Below, one piece after another: positions 24,105-31,969 of a stretch of 32,000 nucleotides of DNA. The DNA is from Nostoc punctiforme PCC 73102. Its GTDB lineage: Bacteria > Cyanobacteriota > Cyanobacteriia > Cyanobacteriales > Nostocaceae. Each line of letters opens with the position of its first letter. Positions within the stretch are counted from its first letter, which is position 1. The stretch is from assembly GCF_000020025.1 (NCBI RefSeq), contig NC_010628.1, positions 5,730,001 through 5,762,000 on the forward strand, read 5' to 3'. The position numbers and the translations under genes were made by a program. A model generated the notes under the pieces. The model ran no database searches. It saw nothing but the letters and a program-made list of their open reading frames with translations, and was not told where the DNA came from.

Positions 24105-25706
24105 CTAACTGAGAACTTTGAGCAAATATTGTGTCAATGTAAAGGCATCTACACCCAATTCAGTCCGCTCTTGGGCTGCTAAAATACCGGCTTGTGAATG
24201 CCACCAAGCGGCAGTTGCCACAATATCTTCTACAGAAATCTGTTTAGTTGCGGCTTGTGCCAACAATCCACCTAGTAGCCCAGTTAATACGTCACCGCTA
24301 CCTCCACGTGCCAGAGCGGGTGTGCTTTCAGTAATCATCCAAATGGCACCTTGAGGATTTGCGATCGCAGTTCTCGCTCCTTTCAATAAGACCACTGCCC
24401 CACTTTGTAGGGCTGCTTCCTGTGCTGCTTTCACCCTGTCATGTTTGGCATCGGCGATATCAGGAAACAATCGCTGGAATTCACCAGCGTGGGGTGTGAG
24501 TACGGTTACGGCAAGACGTTTTTTTAAAGTGGCGATCGCTCCCATTTGTGCCAAAATATTTAAACCATCGGCATCGAGAATCAAAGGGCGTTCGCTTTCT
24601 ATGACCTCTTGCACAATAGGAGTAGCATCTCGTGTTAAACCAGGGCCACAAGCGATCGCATTAAAGGAAGTCAGATCGGTTTTTTCGGGTAATTGTAATT
24701 GAGCGATCGCTCCACTTTCCGTCTCTGGACAACCGATAATTAGCGCTTCTGGCAAGTGCGACACCAAAAGAGATTTTAGCGATTCGGGTACAGCAATCGA
24801 AAGCATCCCCACACCACTAGCCCTAGCACCTAAACCAGTTAAAATTGCTCCACCGGCATAGCGTCGCGAACCGCAAATCAGGAGTAAGTGTCCTTCTTTA
24901 TATTTGTGGGTAACTGGTGGGCGAGGTAAGGGTAAAGTAGCGAGTGCCGTTGTTGGTGTAATACGTTTAATGCTGGGTGCATCTTTGAGAACAGCTTCTA
25001 CATCAGCTAAAGGAATATCAAAATCGATTAACTCAGCTTTGCCAACATATTCCAGCGCCGGATCTTGGAAGAAAGCTAGTTTCCATAAACCCAAGCAAAA
25101 AGTGTGAGTGGCGCGAATGGCAGTTCCTAATACAACGCCAGTATCGGTGTGTAAACCTGAAGGTAAATCGATGCTATAAATCGGCACAGACAATTCATTT
25201 AGCTGATTAATTGCAGAGGCAATAGGATCGGTCAGATTTTTTTCTAAACCAAACCCAAACAAGCCATCAACCAACAAATCAGAATCTGGCAGTTGCTCAA
25301 TTGTTTGATAAATTGGAATGCCCAAACTCTGAGCATACTGCAAGTGCTGCGAAGTTAATTCCTTAAACTTAGAGAAAGGAGAATAAATCCAAACCTCATA
25401 CCCACGAAAGTGTAATTCACGGGCTACTACTAAAGCATCCCCACCATTATGACCAGGACCGACAAGAATTCCAACACGGGATCCCACCGCTTGGGGCAAC
25501 CCTTTTTTTAAGAGGCTGTTTGAAGCAACATAGCCTGCCTTTTTACAGGGAATTTGGGGGATCTCTTGAATCCGACGGGCAACTAATCCCGCCACCTTTT
25601 CCATTAAAGCTACTACAGGCATTCCTGCTGCAAAGATCCGATCTTCAATATCGCGCATCTGCCCAGCAGTGACTATTACTTGTGAAATTTTTTCTTGCCT
25701 TTGCAT
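24105..25706 (-). CDS. nnr: Bifunctional NAD(P)H-hydrate repair enzyme Nnr (epimerase + ADP-dependent dehydratase)
   Basis: 533 aa with an N-terminal YjeF_N domain (GPGHNGGDALVVAREL) and a C-terminal carbohydrate-kinase-like domain (GGSGDVLTGLLGGLLAQ). Confidence 0.88.
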   Translation of the reverse strand: MQRQEKISQVIVTAGQMRDIEDRIFAAGMPVVALMEKVAGLVARRIQEIPQIPCKKAGYVASNSLLKKGLPQAVGSRVGILVGPGHNGGDALVVARELHFRGYEVWIYSPFSKFKELTSQHLQYAQSLGIPIYQTIEQLPDSDLLVDGLFGFGLEKNLTDPIASAINQLNELSVPIYSIDLPSGLHTDTGVVLGTAIRATHTFCLGLWKLAFFQDPALEYVGKAELIDFDIPLADVEAVLKDAPSIKRITPTTALATLPLPRPPVTHKYKEGHLLLICGSRRYAGGAILTGLGARASGVGMLSIAVPESLKSLLVSHLPEALIIGCPETESGAIAQLQLPEKTDLTSFNAIACGPGLTRDATPIVQEVIESERPLILDADGLNILAQMGAIATLKKRLAVTVLTPHAGEFQRLFPDIADAKHDRVKAAQEAALQSGAVVLLKGARTAIANPQGAIWMITESTPALARGGSGDVLTGLLGGLLAQAATKQISVEDIVATAAWWHSQAGILAAQERTELGVDAFTLTQYLLKVLS

Positions 25707-25858
25707 CAGCCCTAAGTCCTGTTAGCGATCGCGGGGTATTTAGCCCGTGCTAAGTTTTAGGTTAATTGAAACTTTAACAGATTTCACACAATTATCTTTA
25801 AGGGACTTCCAAGTCCAAAAATATCCCAAAACTAAGTAAGCGGGTGTAAATAATGGTC

Positions 25859-25877
25859 GTTGGGATAAGGCAATAGG
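25859..25877. repeat. Right copy of the 19-bp inverted repeat flanking nnr
   Basis: gttgggataaggcaatagg is the exact reverse complement of 24059-24077. Confidence 0.85.
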
Positions 25878-26041
25878 TATAAGGATTTTAGCCTAGTGGA
25901 TTTTTATTTACATAGTTTGATTTTATTGTGCCAAGAGACTTCCAAAAAATAAATTATCCAAAATTATTTGTATATTTTTAGGGGCACAAGTCCTTGCGCC
26001 CCTACCTAAACGCCAAAATCTAAAATCTTCTCTATCTCTCC

Positions 26042-26443
26042 TCAGTCTGCGTTCTCTGCGCGGCAGTCACTCATGGGGGAAACCCCCTTGGCGTTAGCCT
26101 CTCCCTTTGGGAGAAGACCGCGCTGCCTTGCCTCTGTGGTTAATTCATTTCTTGGACAATCTCTAACCGTGACTAATCCATGTATCCCTAGCGCTGTGAT
26201 TACTCCTCCCAGTAATCCCCAAGTCCCATCAGCAAATACATTGATGCGATGAATGTAGGTGCGATGGTAGGCATACTCTAACTGCCTATCATTAACTTTT
26301 CCGACCTCTACTAGGTTAGTCACATAGTTTTCAGCTTTGATCAGTGCTGCATAATCCAGGTTAAACCAATAAAGCGATACTCCCACCACCGCCAACCCAG
26401 GAAAAACCAAAGTAATTAAGAGAATTGCTTTGCGTGTGTTCAT
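26042..26443 (-). CDS. Hypothetical membrane protein with repeat-derived C-terminal tail
   Basis: N-terminal TM helix (AILLITLVFPGLAVVGVSLYWF) and a second helix (GLLGGVITALGIHGL). The last ~28 codons and the stop lie in hairpin repeats (26042-26128). Confidence 0.55.
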   Translation of the reverse strand: MNTRKAILLITLVFPGLAVVGVSLYWFNLDYAALIKAENYVTNLVEVGKVNDRQLEYAYHRTYIHRINVFADGTWGLLGGVITALGIHGLVTVRDCPRNELTTEARQRGLLPKGEANAKGVSPMSDCRAENAD

Positions 26444-26595
26444 CCATACCCCCTGATATACCTGCTCAATGCTGACATAGCAAGAATCTTTGTGTTACAA
26501 CTTGGCAGATCAATTTGATACATGGAGTGGGTGAATCAAATTTTGGGAATAATCCTCATAGTGTTTGAAAGCATCGTTTTAGTTAGGCTCACGCT

Positions 26596-27801
26596 ATGAG
26601 AGCGCGATTTCTAGGTAAAAACCTGATTTTTGGCTGTTTATCTCTTGTATTTTGCTGTATTTTGGGGATTTGTTGGTCATTAATTCCAGTACACGCAACT
26701 TCCACACAGTCTATTGATGCTCTGCGACAACAGCAGCAACAAATGAACCAGCAGCGTCAGAGTGTGGTTAACGATCGCGATCGCTTAACAAATCTCCAAC
26801 AAGAGGCCCAAAAACACCTCACTGGTTTAAAGCAAAATCTCCAAACTACAGATAGCTACATTAAAGAGAGCGAATCTCGATTACAACTTGCCACCCAACG
26901 CCTACAGCAGTTGGAAACTGATTTAGCTGTAGCGCAACGTTCCTACGAGGAGCGGCAAATAGCAACAGTAGCACGATTGCGTTATCTCCAGCGATCGCCT
27001 GCATCTGTTGGCTGGGCAGTTTTGCTCCAAAGTGAAAATATCAGCGATTTTATCAGTCGTCGTCATCAGTTGAAGTTAGTGTATCAGGCAGACGAACAAA
27101 TTTTGGTGAAACTCAACGCCCAAGCAAACCTGATAAATCAACAAAAAACGGGTATAGAACAGCAAAAAAACGAAATTGCCTTGATTCGTGAGCAATTACT
27201 GGCACAAAAAGCCGGTTATCAAACTCAGGCGGAGTCACAATCAGAATTGATTCAACGCCTCAATAGCGATCGCCTAGCCTTGGAAGCAGCGCAAAACCAG
27301 CTAGAGAGGGAATCCAAAAATCTGGAAGTCTTGATTCAGCAAAAGGTAGGAGAAGCCAGAGCAACAGAAGAGGCACAAACAAAAACCAACAGCCGAACAA
27401 GTGCGATCGTTCGAGGAACTGGTGTAATGGCATATCCTAGCGACGCTTCTACTAGCAGTCCCTTCGGCTGGCGGATACACCCAATCCTTGGCTATCGTCG
27501 CTTTCATGCTGGGTTAGATTTTGCCGCTAGCTATGGTAGTAAAATTCGGGCAGCCGATTCGGGCAGAGTAATTTTTGCTGGGTGGTATGGTGGTTATGGC
27601 AGAGCTGTAATTATCGACCACGGCAATGGTCTTACTACACTGTACGGGCATACCAGCGAGTTGTATGTTTCCGAAGGACAAGCAGTCGAACGCGGACAAG
27701 CGATTGGTGCTGTGGGTTCCACAGGTTTCTCAACTGGGCCCCACCTCCACTTTGAAGTCCGCCGGAATGGTACACCAGTAGACCCAGCTAATTATCTGTG
27801 A
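26596..27801 (+). CDS. M23 (LytM-type) peptidoglycan endopeptidase with long N-terminal coiled coil
   Basis: Signal peptide, Q-rich coiled coil, and C-terminal HAGLD...GYGRAVIIDHG...STGPHLHFEV with intact catalytic residues. Confidence 0.88.
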   Translation: MRARFLGKNLIFGCLSLVFCCILGICWSLIPVHATSTQSIDALRQQQQQMNQQRQSVVNDRDRLTNLQQEAQKHLTGLKQNLQTTDSYIKESESRLQLATQRLQQLETDLAVAQRSYEERQIATVARLRYLQRSPASVGWAVLLQSENISDFISRRHQLKLVYQADEQILVKLNAQANLINQQKTGIEQQKNEIALIREQLLAQKAGYQTQAESQSELIQRLNSDRLALEAAQNQLERESKNLEVLIQQKVGEARATEEAQTKTNSRTSAIVRGTGVMAYPSDASTSSPFGWRIHPILGYRRFHAGLDFAASYGSKIRAADSGRVIFAGWYGGYGRAVIIDHGNGLTTLYGHTSELYVSEGQAVERGQAIGAVGSTGFSTGPHLHFEVRRNGTPVDPANYL

Positions 27802-27849
27802 ACTTATAAACCAAGTTTTTCTAGGCTGCGAGTTTTATCATAGACATGC

Positions 27850-27855
27850 TATAAT
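27850..27855 (+). promoter_or_regulatory. Consensus -10 (TATAAT) upstream of tRNA-Arg
   Basis: tataat ends 12 nt before the mature tRNA 5' end. No good -35 seen. Confidence 0.35.
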
Positions 27856-27867
27856 GGGAGAGATTAA

Positions 27868-27940
27868 GGGCGCGTGGCTCAGTGGATAGAGCAACAGATT
27901 CCGGTTCTGTGGGTCGGGGGTTCAAATCCCTCCGCGCTCG
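27868..27940 (+). tRNA. tRNA-Arg (anticodon CCG)
   Basis: Hand-folded cloverleaf: acceptor GGGCGCG/CGCGCUC (one G-U), D arm GCUC-AGUGGAUA-GAGC, anticodon arm ACAGA-UUCCGGU-UCUGU, variable GGGUC, T arm GGGGG-UUCAAAU-CCCUC, discriminator G. No encoded CCA. Confidence 0.9.
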
Positions 27941-28320
27941 TTACCTTACAAGACTAACCACAAAATCGAGAGTTCATTTTCTCTCATGAAATGTGTTTGG
28001 CCTGAGTTGTAACTTCTCCAAGCAGCTGCTTACATCTCAACTCTCTCCATATAGGCTATCCGCTAAAACTAAGTTTCTGGTAGAGATTTTCGTGACATTT
28101 TTGAAAGCATTCCCAAATGCAAAAATTTGAAGCTTTCAAAATGCCTCACATCCTTAAATACTGAATAACAGTGTTGACAATAGTTATCTATGAAGGTCAC
28201 TGTGCTTAATGCTTGTCTGCGCGGCGTAACTATCCCTATTACTTACTGTTTCCGGTTTTCTTTTTGTGGTTTTCCTTCTGATGATAATTTCCCCGTGGTA
28301 ACAAAAGAGGGATTAGTAAT

Positions 28321-28350
28321 TAATTTGTAATTATTAATAATTACAAATTA
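28321..28350. repeat. Perfect 30-bp AT-only palindrome overlapping the 3' end of the methyltransferase gene
   Basis: taatttgtaattatt (28321-28335) is the exact reverse complement of aataattacaaatta (28336-28350). It contains the stop and last codons (...HNL*). Confidence 0.85.
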
Positions 28351-29045
28351 TGATTCTTATAAAAATCTCTGGTTATCTTCAACATTTTATTCCCACCAGG
28401 CTGTAGCTCATATTCAACATTCTCAATATCTATCTTGTAACCGATTGAAGTGTAATGTTTTACTATTTCATCTAAATGTTGAGAATGTTTCCACATTAAA
28501 GTTATGAGGGGAAATATTCTGATTTCTTTAGCAATACGTAGCATCTCACCTATAGAATTTAGGTGAAAGTCGTAATCGAGATGGTCTGAATATAAAAACA
28601 ATAAATGCGAACAAAGGGCTATCTCAAACTCTTGAGTTTTAAATTTTAATTTTGGAAACTCATCGACTATGTATCTGTTGCTTTTTTTGCCATTTTCATA
28701 ATCAGACAGAAATTCTCTAATAACTTTTACTCGATTATGCCGCAAATCATCTGGAGATTTATGATAGCTCCATACCCAATTATTCGATGTAGCTTTGACT
28801 TGGTTAATGATGTTATCTAGCACTTCATTAAATCGTTGCAATATCTCATCACCAGAAAATTGGTATAGTGGATCAACAGAAATTACACTTTTACCCTGAC
28901 GTGTCATTTCTGCATTAAAGCTTGCCGGGCCATCACCAATCCCAATGATTTTTTTATTTAAATCTGCGTCTGTTAAATTGAATATTTTTATATATTCATC
29001 CATTGACCTCCCAAAAGGAACTACTTGATCTAGAACCATTGTCAT
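28341..29045 (-). CDS. Class I SAM-dependent methyltransferase (unknown substrate)
   Basis: 234 aa with IIGIGDGPASFNAE glycine-rich SAM loop, followed by SVDP and LCSHLLFLYS. AT-rich codon usage. Confidence 0.65.
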   Translation of the reverse strand: MTMVLDQVVPFGRSMDEYIKIFNLTDADLNKKIIGIGDGPASFNAEMTRQGKSVISVDPLYQFSGDEILQRFNEVLDNIINQVKATSNNWVWSYHKSPDDLRHNRVKVIREFLSDYENGKKSNRYIVDEFPKLKFKTQEFEIALCSHLLFLYSDHLDYDFHLNSIGEMLRIAKEIRIFPLITLMWKHSQHLDEIVKHYTSIGYKIDIENVEYELQPGGNKMLKITRDFYKNHNL

Positions 29046-29141
29046 AGAATTACCTCGTCAAGAGACTGACTAAACAGGATGGTAGCAAAATCAAAAAACT
29101 TTATGTATTGCTAAACGACAATCATTTAGAAGCAAGTCAAG

Positions 29142-29636
29142 TTATTTTACAACTTTCAAAGGATTTTTACCTCTAAACACAGCAGCTAATGCAGCTTCAT
29201 AAGGATTTCTACCTGTTTTCTTGACAGCAGCAATAGCAGCTTTATTTGATAATCCTCGGACACTAACTAGCCATGCTGCTAATACATGCCCAGTACGTCC
29301 AATTCCACCCGAGCAGTGTACAACTACCTTCTCATTTTGTTTATCTGCTTCTATTAAGAAAGGAAGTATCTTCTGTGTGAGGGTTTCTAAATCACATAGA
29401 TGGAAATCTACAATTGGTGCCCAACAAACTAGTTGATTACCAAATTCCTGTTTGTAGCTATCCAGAAGATTAGAGTAATAAGCTAATTGTTGATTGGGAA
29501 GAAGGCAACAAACTCGCTTAATATTTTGGCACTTCATGAATTGTATCCAATCCCGAACCTCTTTATTAGTGTATCCAGGTCGCGCAGCACCAAATACTAT
29601 TTGCTCGTTCTGCCAAGCTGGGGCAAACTTATACAT
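29142..29636 (-). CDS. Cysteine-based (PTP/dual-specificity-like) phosphatase
   Basis: 164 aa with P-loop VHCSGGIGRTG (HCxxGxxR[ST]). Confidence 0.75.
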   Translation of the reverse strand: MYKFAPAWQNEQIVFGAARPGYTNKEVRDWIQFMKCQNIKRVCCLLPNQQLAYYSNLLDSYKQEFGNQLVCWAPIVDFHLCDLETLTQKILPFLIEADKQNEKVVVHCSGGIGRTGHVLAAWLVSVRGLSNKAAIAAVKKTGRNPYEAALAAVFRGKNPLKVVK

Positions 29637-29778
29637 TTTTAAGTAAGTTGGTTAGTAGTTAAATTTAGGCTATTAAGCTTACGAAAAATCTCTTTTTGGA
29701 ATTTAACAAAGGCATAATAACTTTTAAACGTGTTATGTTAACTTGTAACATTATTTGGAATTCAAAAAACATTATTTT

Positions 29779-30189
29779 CTAATTATTCACTTTTCCTTGC
29801 CAAACGATTTCCTTAACTTTGATTTCTTTCGGGATCAACTTAATTTTATAGAAGGTATCTGCAATCTCTTGTTGTTTAGTAATCACTTCATCTGTGAGTG
29901 GAAGTACATCATATTCAGGCCGCTTTTCTGCTATTTCCAACACAGGAGCATCTATACCCAAAGCAGGGGAAAGAAATTTAGCAACTTCATTAGGATTATT
30001 CTTTGCCCAGTCACTAACTTTCTTCACCCTATCCAAAACTATTTTCAAAACATCAGGCTTGGCATCAACAAAAGATTTTGCAGCCAGATAATAACCACGA
30101 TTGGGGGCTAATTCCGTCGCGTCTGCTAAAGTGCGTGCGCCTGTTGCTGCTTCTGCTGCGGCTAAATACGGGTCCCAAATTGCCCAAGC
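29779..30189 (-). pseudogene. 5'-truncated NMT1/SsuA-like (sulfonate/nitrate/taurine-type) ABC substrate-binding protein gene
   Basis: My minus-strand translation: AWAIWDPYLAAAEAATGARTLADATELAPNRGYYLAAKSFVDAKPDVLKIVLDRVKKVSDWAKNNPNEVAKFL...IVWQGKVNN*. Only the C-terminal ~135 aa are present, with an in-frame TGA immediately upstream (30190-30192). Confidence 0.65.
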
Positions 30190-30773
30190 TCAAAAATACA
30201 TTGCACCAAATTGGCTTGGTGGATGATATTTTAGAGTTAGCATCTGGAACAGGTATCTGGACGCAGGAGCTTTTAAGAATCGGTCAAAAGATTACTGCGA
30301 TCGATGCCTCTGAAGAAGTGATTGCAATTAATCGCTCGAAGTTAAATTCACTGAGTGTTGAATATCACCTAATTGATTTATTTACTTGGCAACCTGATAC
30401 GGAATATGATTTGGTGTTCTTCGCCTTTTGGCTATCTCATGTGCCACCAAAATTACTCGATTCTTTTTTGACGAAAGTCTATCAATCTGTTCGCTTTGGT
30501 GGGCAAGTATTTATCATTGACTCTTCCTTTGAACCGACATCCACAGCTAACAATCATATTCTTGAAGACGACGGAAACATATATAAAACCCGTAAATTAA
30601 ATGATGGTCAAGAATTTCAGATTGTCAAAATTTTTTATCAGCCGGATGAACTTAAGCATAAGCTAAAAAAAGCAGGCTTCCAGGCTGAGGTAAAAGTGAC
30701 AGATAATTATTTTATCTACGCACAGGGGAAAAAATTTGAAACAATTCGTAATTCGGAATCTGTAATTATTTAA
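30078..30773 (+). pseudogene. 5'-truncated class I SAM methyltransferase inside a chimeric ORF
   Basis: The methyltransferase-like part starts around 30193 (DILELASGTGIWTQELLRIGQKITAIDASEEVI...FAFWLSHVP...GGQVFIID). The first ~38 codons, including the ATG, are antisense to the SsuA-like remnant. Confidence 0.6.
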
Positions 30774-31157
30774 ACTACACCTAATGTATTACTAATTTAG
30801 TACCACCTATATACTATGGGAGCATCAGACCTATTTTTTTATATAGACATTAATTCAAGATGGCATTAAAAAACATCTTCCTGCTGTTTTCTCTGACATA
30901 CTCCTCAAACTAGGTACTGTTGCAAAATCTATGTATATATATTGGTTATAGCTATACAGATGACTTATGCGGGACTAAAGGAGTAGAAATGAAATGTATT
31001 TTGATTAACTGCGAACAACATTATCAAGAGCTAGGTGAACAGAAAGTTGAAGACCTCTTTCAGGTTGAAGATAGACTATTTCTTGATCGATCTTAGTTAA
31101 CTATGATTGCTGAGTAAGCAAAACAAAATCCATTAGCTGCCTAATAGACAGTTTGCA

Positions 31158-31517
31158 ATGCAAATTCTTAAAGTATTAACCAGAGTCTATCTTAGTCCAG
31201 TAGACTTGGATGAGGCGATCGCTTTCTATGAAAACCTCTTTACAGAAAAATGTTGGTTGTGGTTTCAATATTCCGAGGCTGAGTTGGAACTCGCAAGTGT
31301 GGGTTCTATTCTTTTAATTGCTGGTTCGGCAGAAGCACTCTCTCCATTCAAGAGTACACACGCCACATTTCTTGTGGACTCACTCAATGATTTTAAAGAA
31401 GCACTTATTCAACAGGGTGCAGTGATTCTGGCGGAACCGAACAAAGTTACCACTGGAGCGAATATGCGAGCGATGCATCCTGATGGAACTATTATTGAGT
31501 ATCTTGAGTTTGGATAA
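31158..31517 (+). CDS. Small VOC/glyoxalase-like family protein
   Basis: 119 aa; its pattern (LDEAIAFYENLF...ATFLVDSLNDFKEALIQQGAVILAEP...MHPDGTIIEY) resembles single-module VOC proteins. Confidence 0.55.
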   Translation: MQILKVLTRVYLSPVDLDEAIAFYENLFTEKCWLWFQYSEAELELASVGSILLIAGSAEALSPFKSTHATFLVDSLNDFKEALIQQGAVILAEPNKVTTGANMRAMHPDGTIIEYLEFG

Positions 31518-31694
31518 TGGAATGGACGCGGTATTACTTCCATTAGCCGCAACAGCAGCAGTTGGCTATGTTAGACACGGCGTATGGAAAGCTCTTAACC
31601 ACAGTGAGTCAAACCCTCGAATTTAGTTGATTACAAGAGTTGTGCAAGATTAAATTTAAACTTTGCACAGCACCTCTGGTACAATACTATTTTT

Positions 31695-31735
31695 AGCCCT
31701 CAGTGAACTTGCTGAAGGGCTTTCACTTTTTCACA
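31695..31735 (+). terminator. Candidate intrinsic terminator
   Basis: Stem agccctcag / ctg(a)agggct (31695-31703 / 31712-31721) with an 8-nt loop, followed by ttcactttttcac. Confidence 0.45.
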
Positions 31736-31770
31736 AATCTCTCTTTCTCTGCGCCTCTGTACTCTCTGGC

Positions 31771-31969
31771 GAATGGTGGGAAATATTAGGCGTAAATCAG
31801 AGTGATAATGCCAACGTTATTAAACTTGCCTATTTCGATTAGCAAGAATCATCCTGATGTCAACAGTTCTGCATAGGCGTAGCCCGTCGTAGACATCGCA
31901 AAAGCTTTAATGCAAACAATTAATCAAGCTTTTGATACTTTCAAGTCTAAAGATGCTGAGATTCTTTAA
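31771..31969 (+). pseudogene. Decayed J-domain (DnaJ-like) gene
   Basis: EWWEILGVNQSDNANVIKLAYF, then frame shifts to ...(RLARI/SKN)HPDVNS, a 27-nt repeat insertion with two TAG codons (31873-31899), then KALMQTINQAFDTF. No start codon; the 5' side is replaced by a CGCAGAG-type repeat. Confidence 0.45.

Noticed and set aside
1335-24702. Many 60-150-aa ORFs antisense to or nested in large genes (e.g. 1335..1586, 2704..2913, 6538..6924, 8822..9262, 9259..9444, 11307..11507, 19108..19428, 22967..23215, 24118..24354, 27301..27507)
   Set aside because: Each lies inside a longer ORF with strong family motifs on the other strand or frame. They have no independent start context and show biased composition typical of shadow frames.
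27941-28340. Minus-strand open frame (…RRQALSTVTFIDNYCQHCYSVFKDVRHFESFKFLHLGMLSKMSRKSLPET*) plus a 12-bp inverted repeat (28096-28108 / 28132-28143) downstream of the tRNA
   Set aside because: It has no start codon and no motif I recognise. It may be a gene fragment, but I cannot support a call. I also looked for an integrase or a repeat of the tRNA 3' end and found neither.
29755-30111. Plus-strand ORFs 29755..30111 and 29894..30091
   Set aside because: They are antisense to the clearly SsuA-like minus-strand remnant and are low-complexity. They are shadow ORFs.
27266-31221. Absence of HIP1 (GCGATCGC) over about 3.9 kb as evidence that the islet is foreign
   Set aside because: By my own scan, HIP1-free gaps of similar size occur in core genes, for example about 2.05-5.62 kb across urtA and urtB. 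The gap is therefore not diagnostic.
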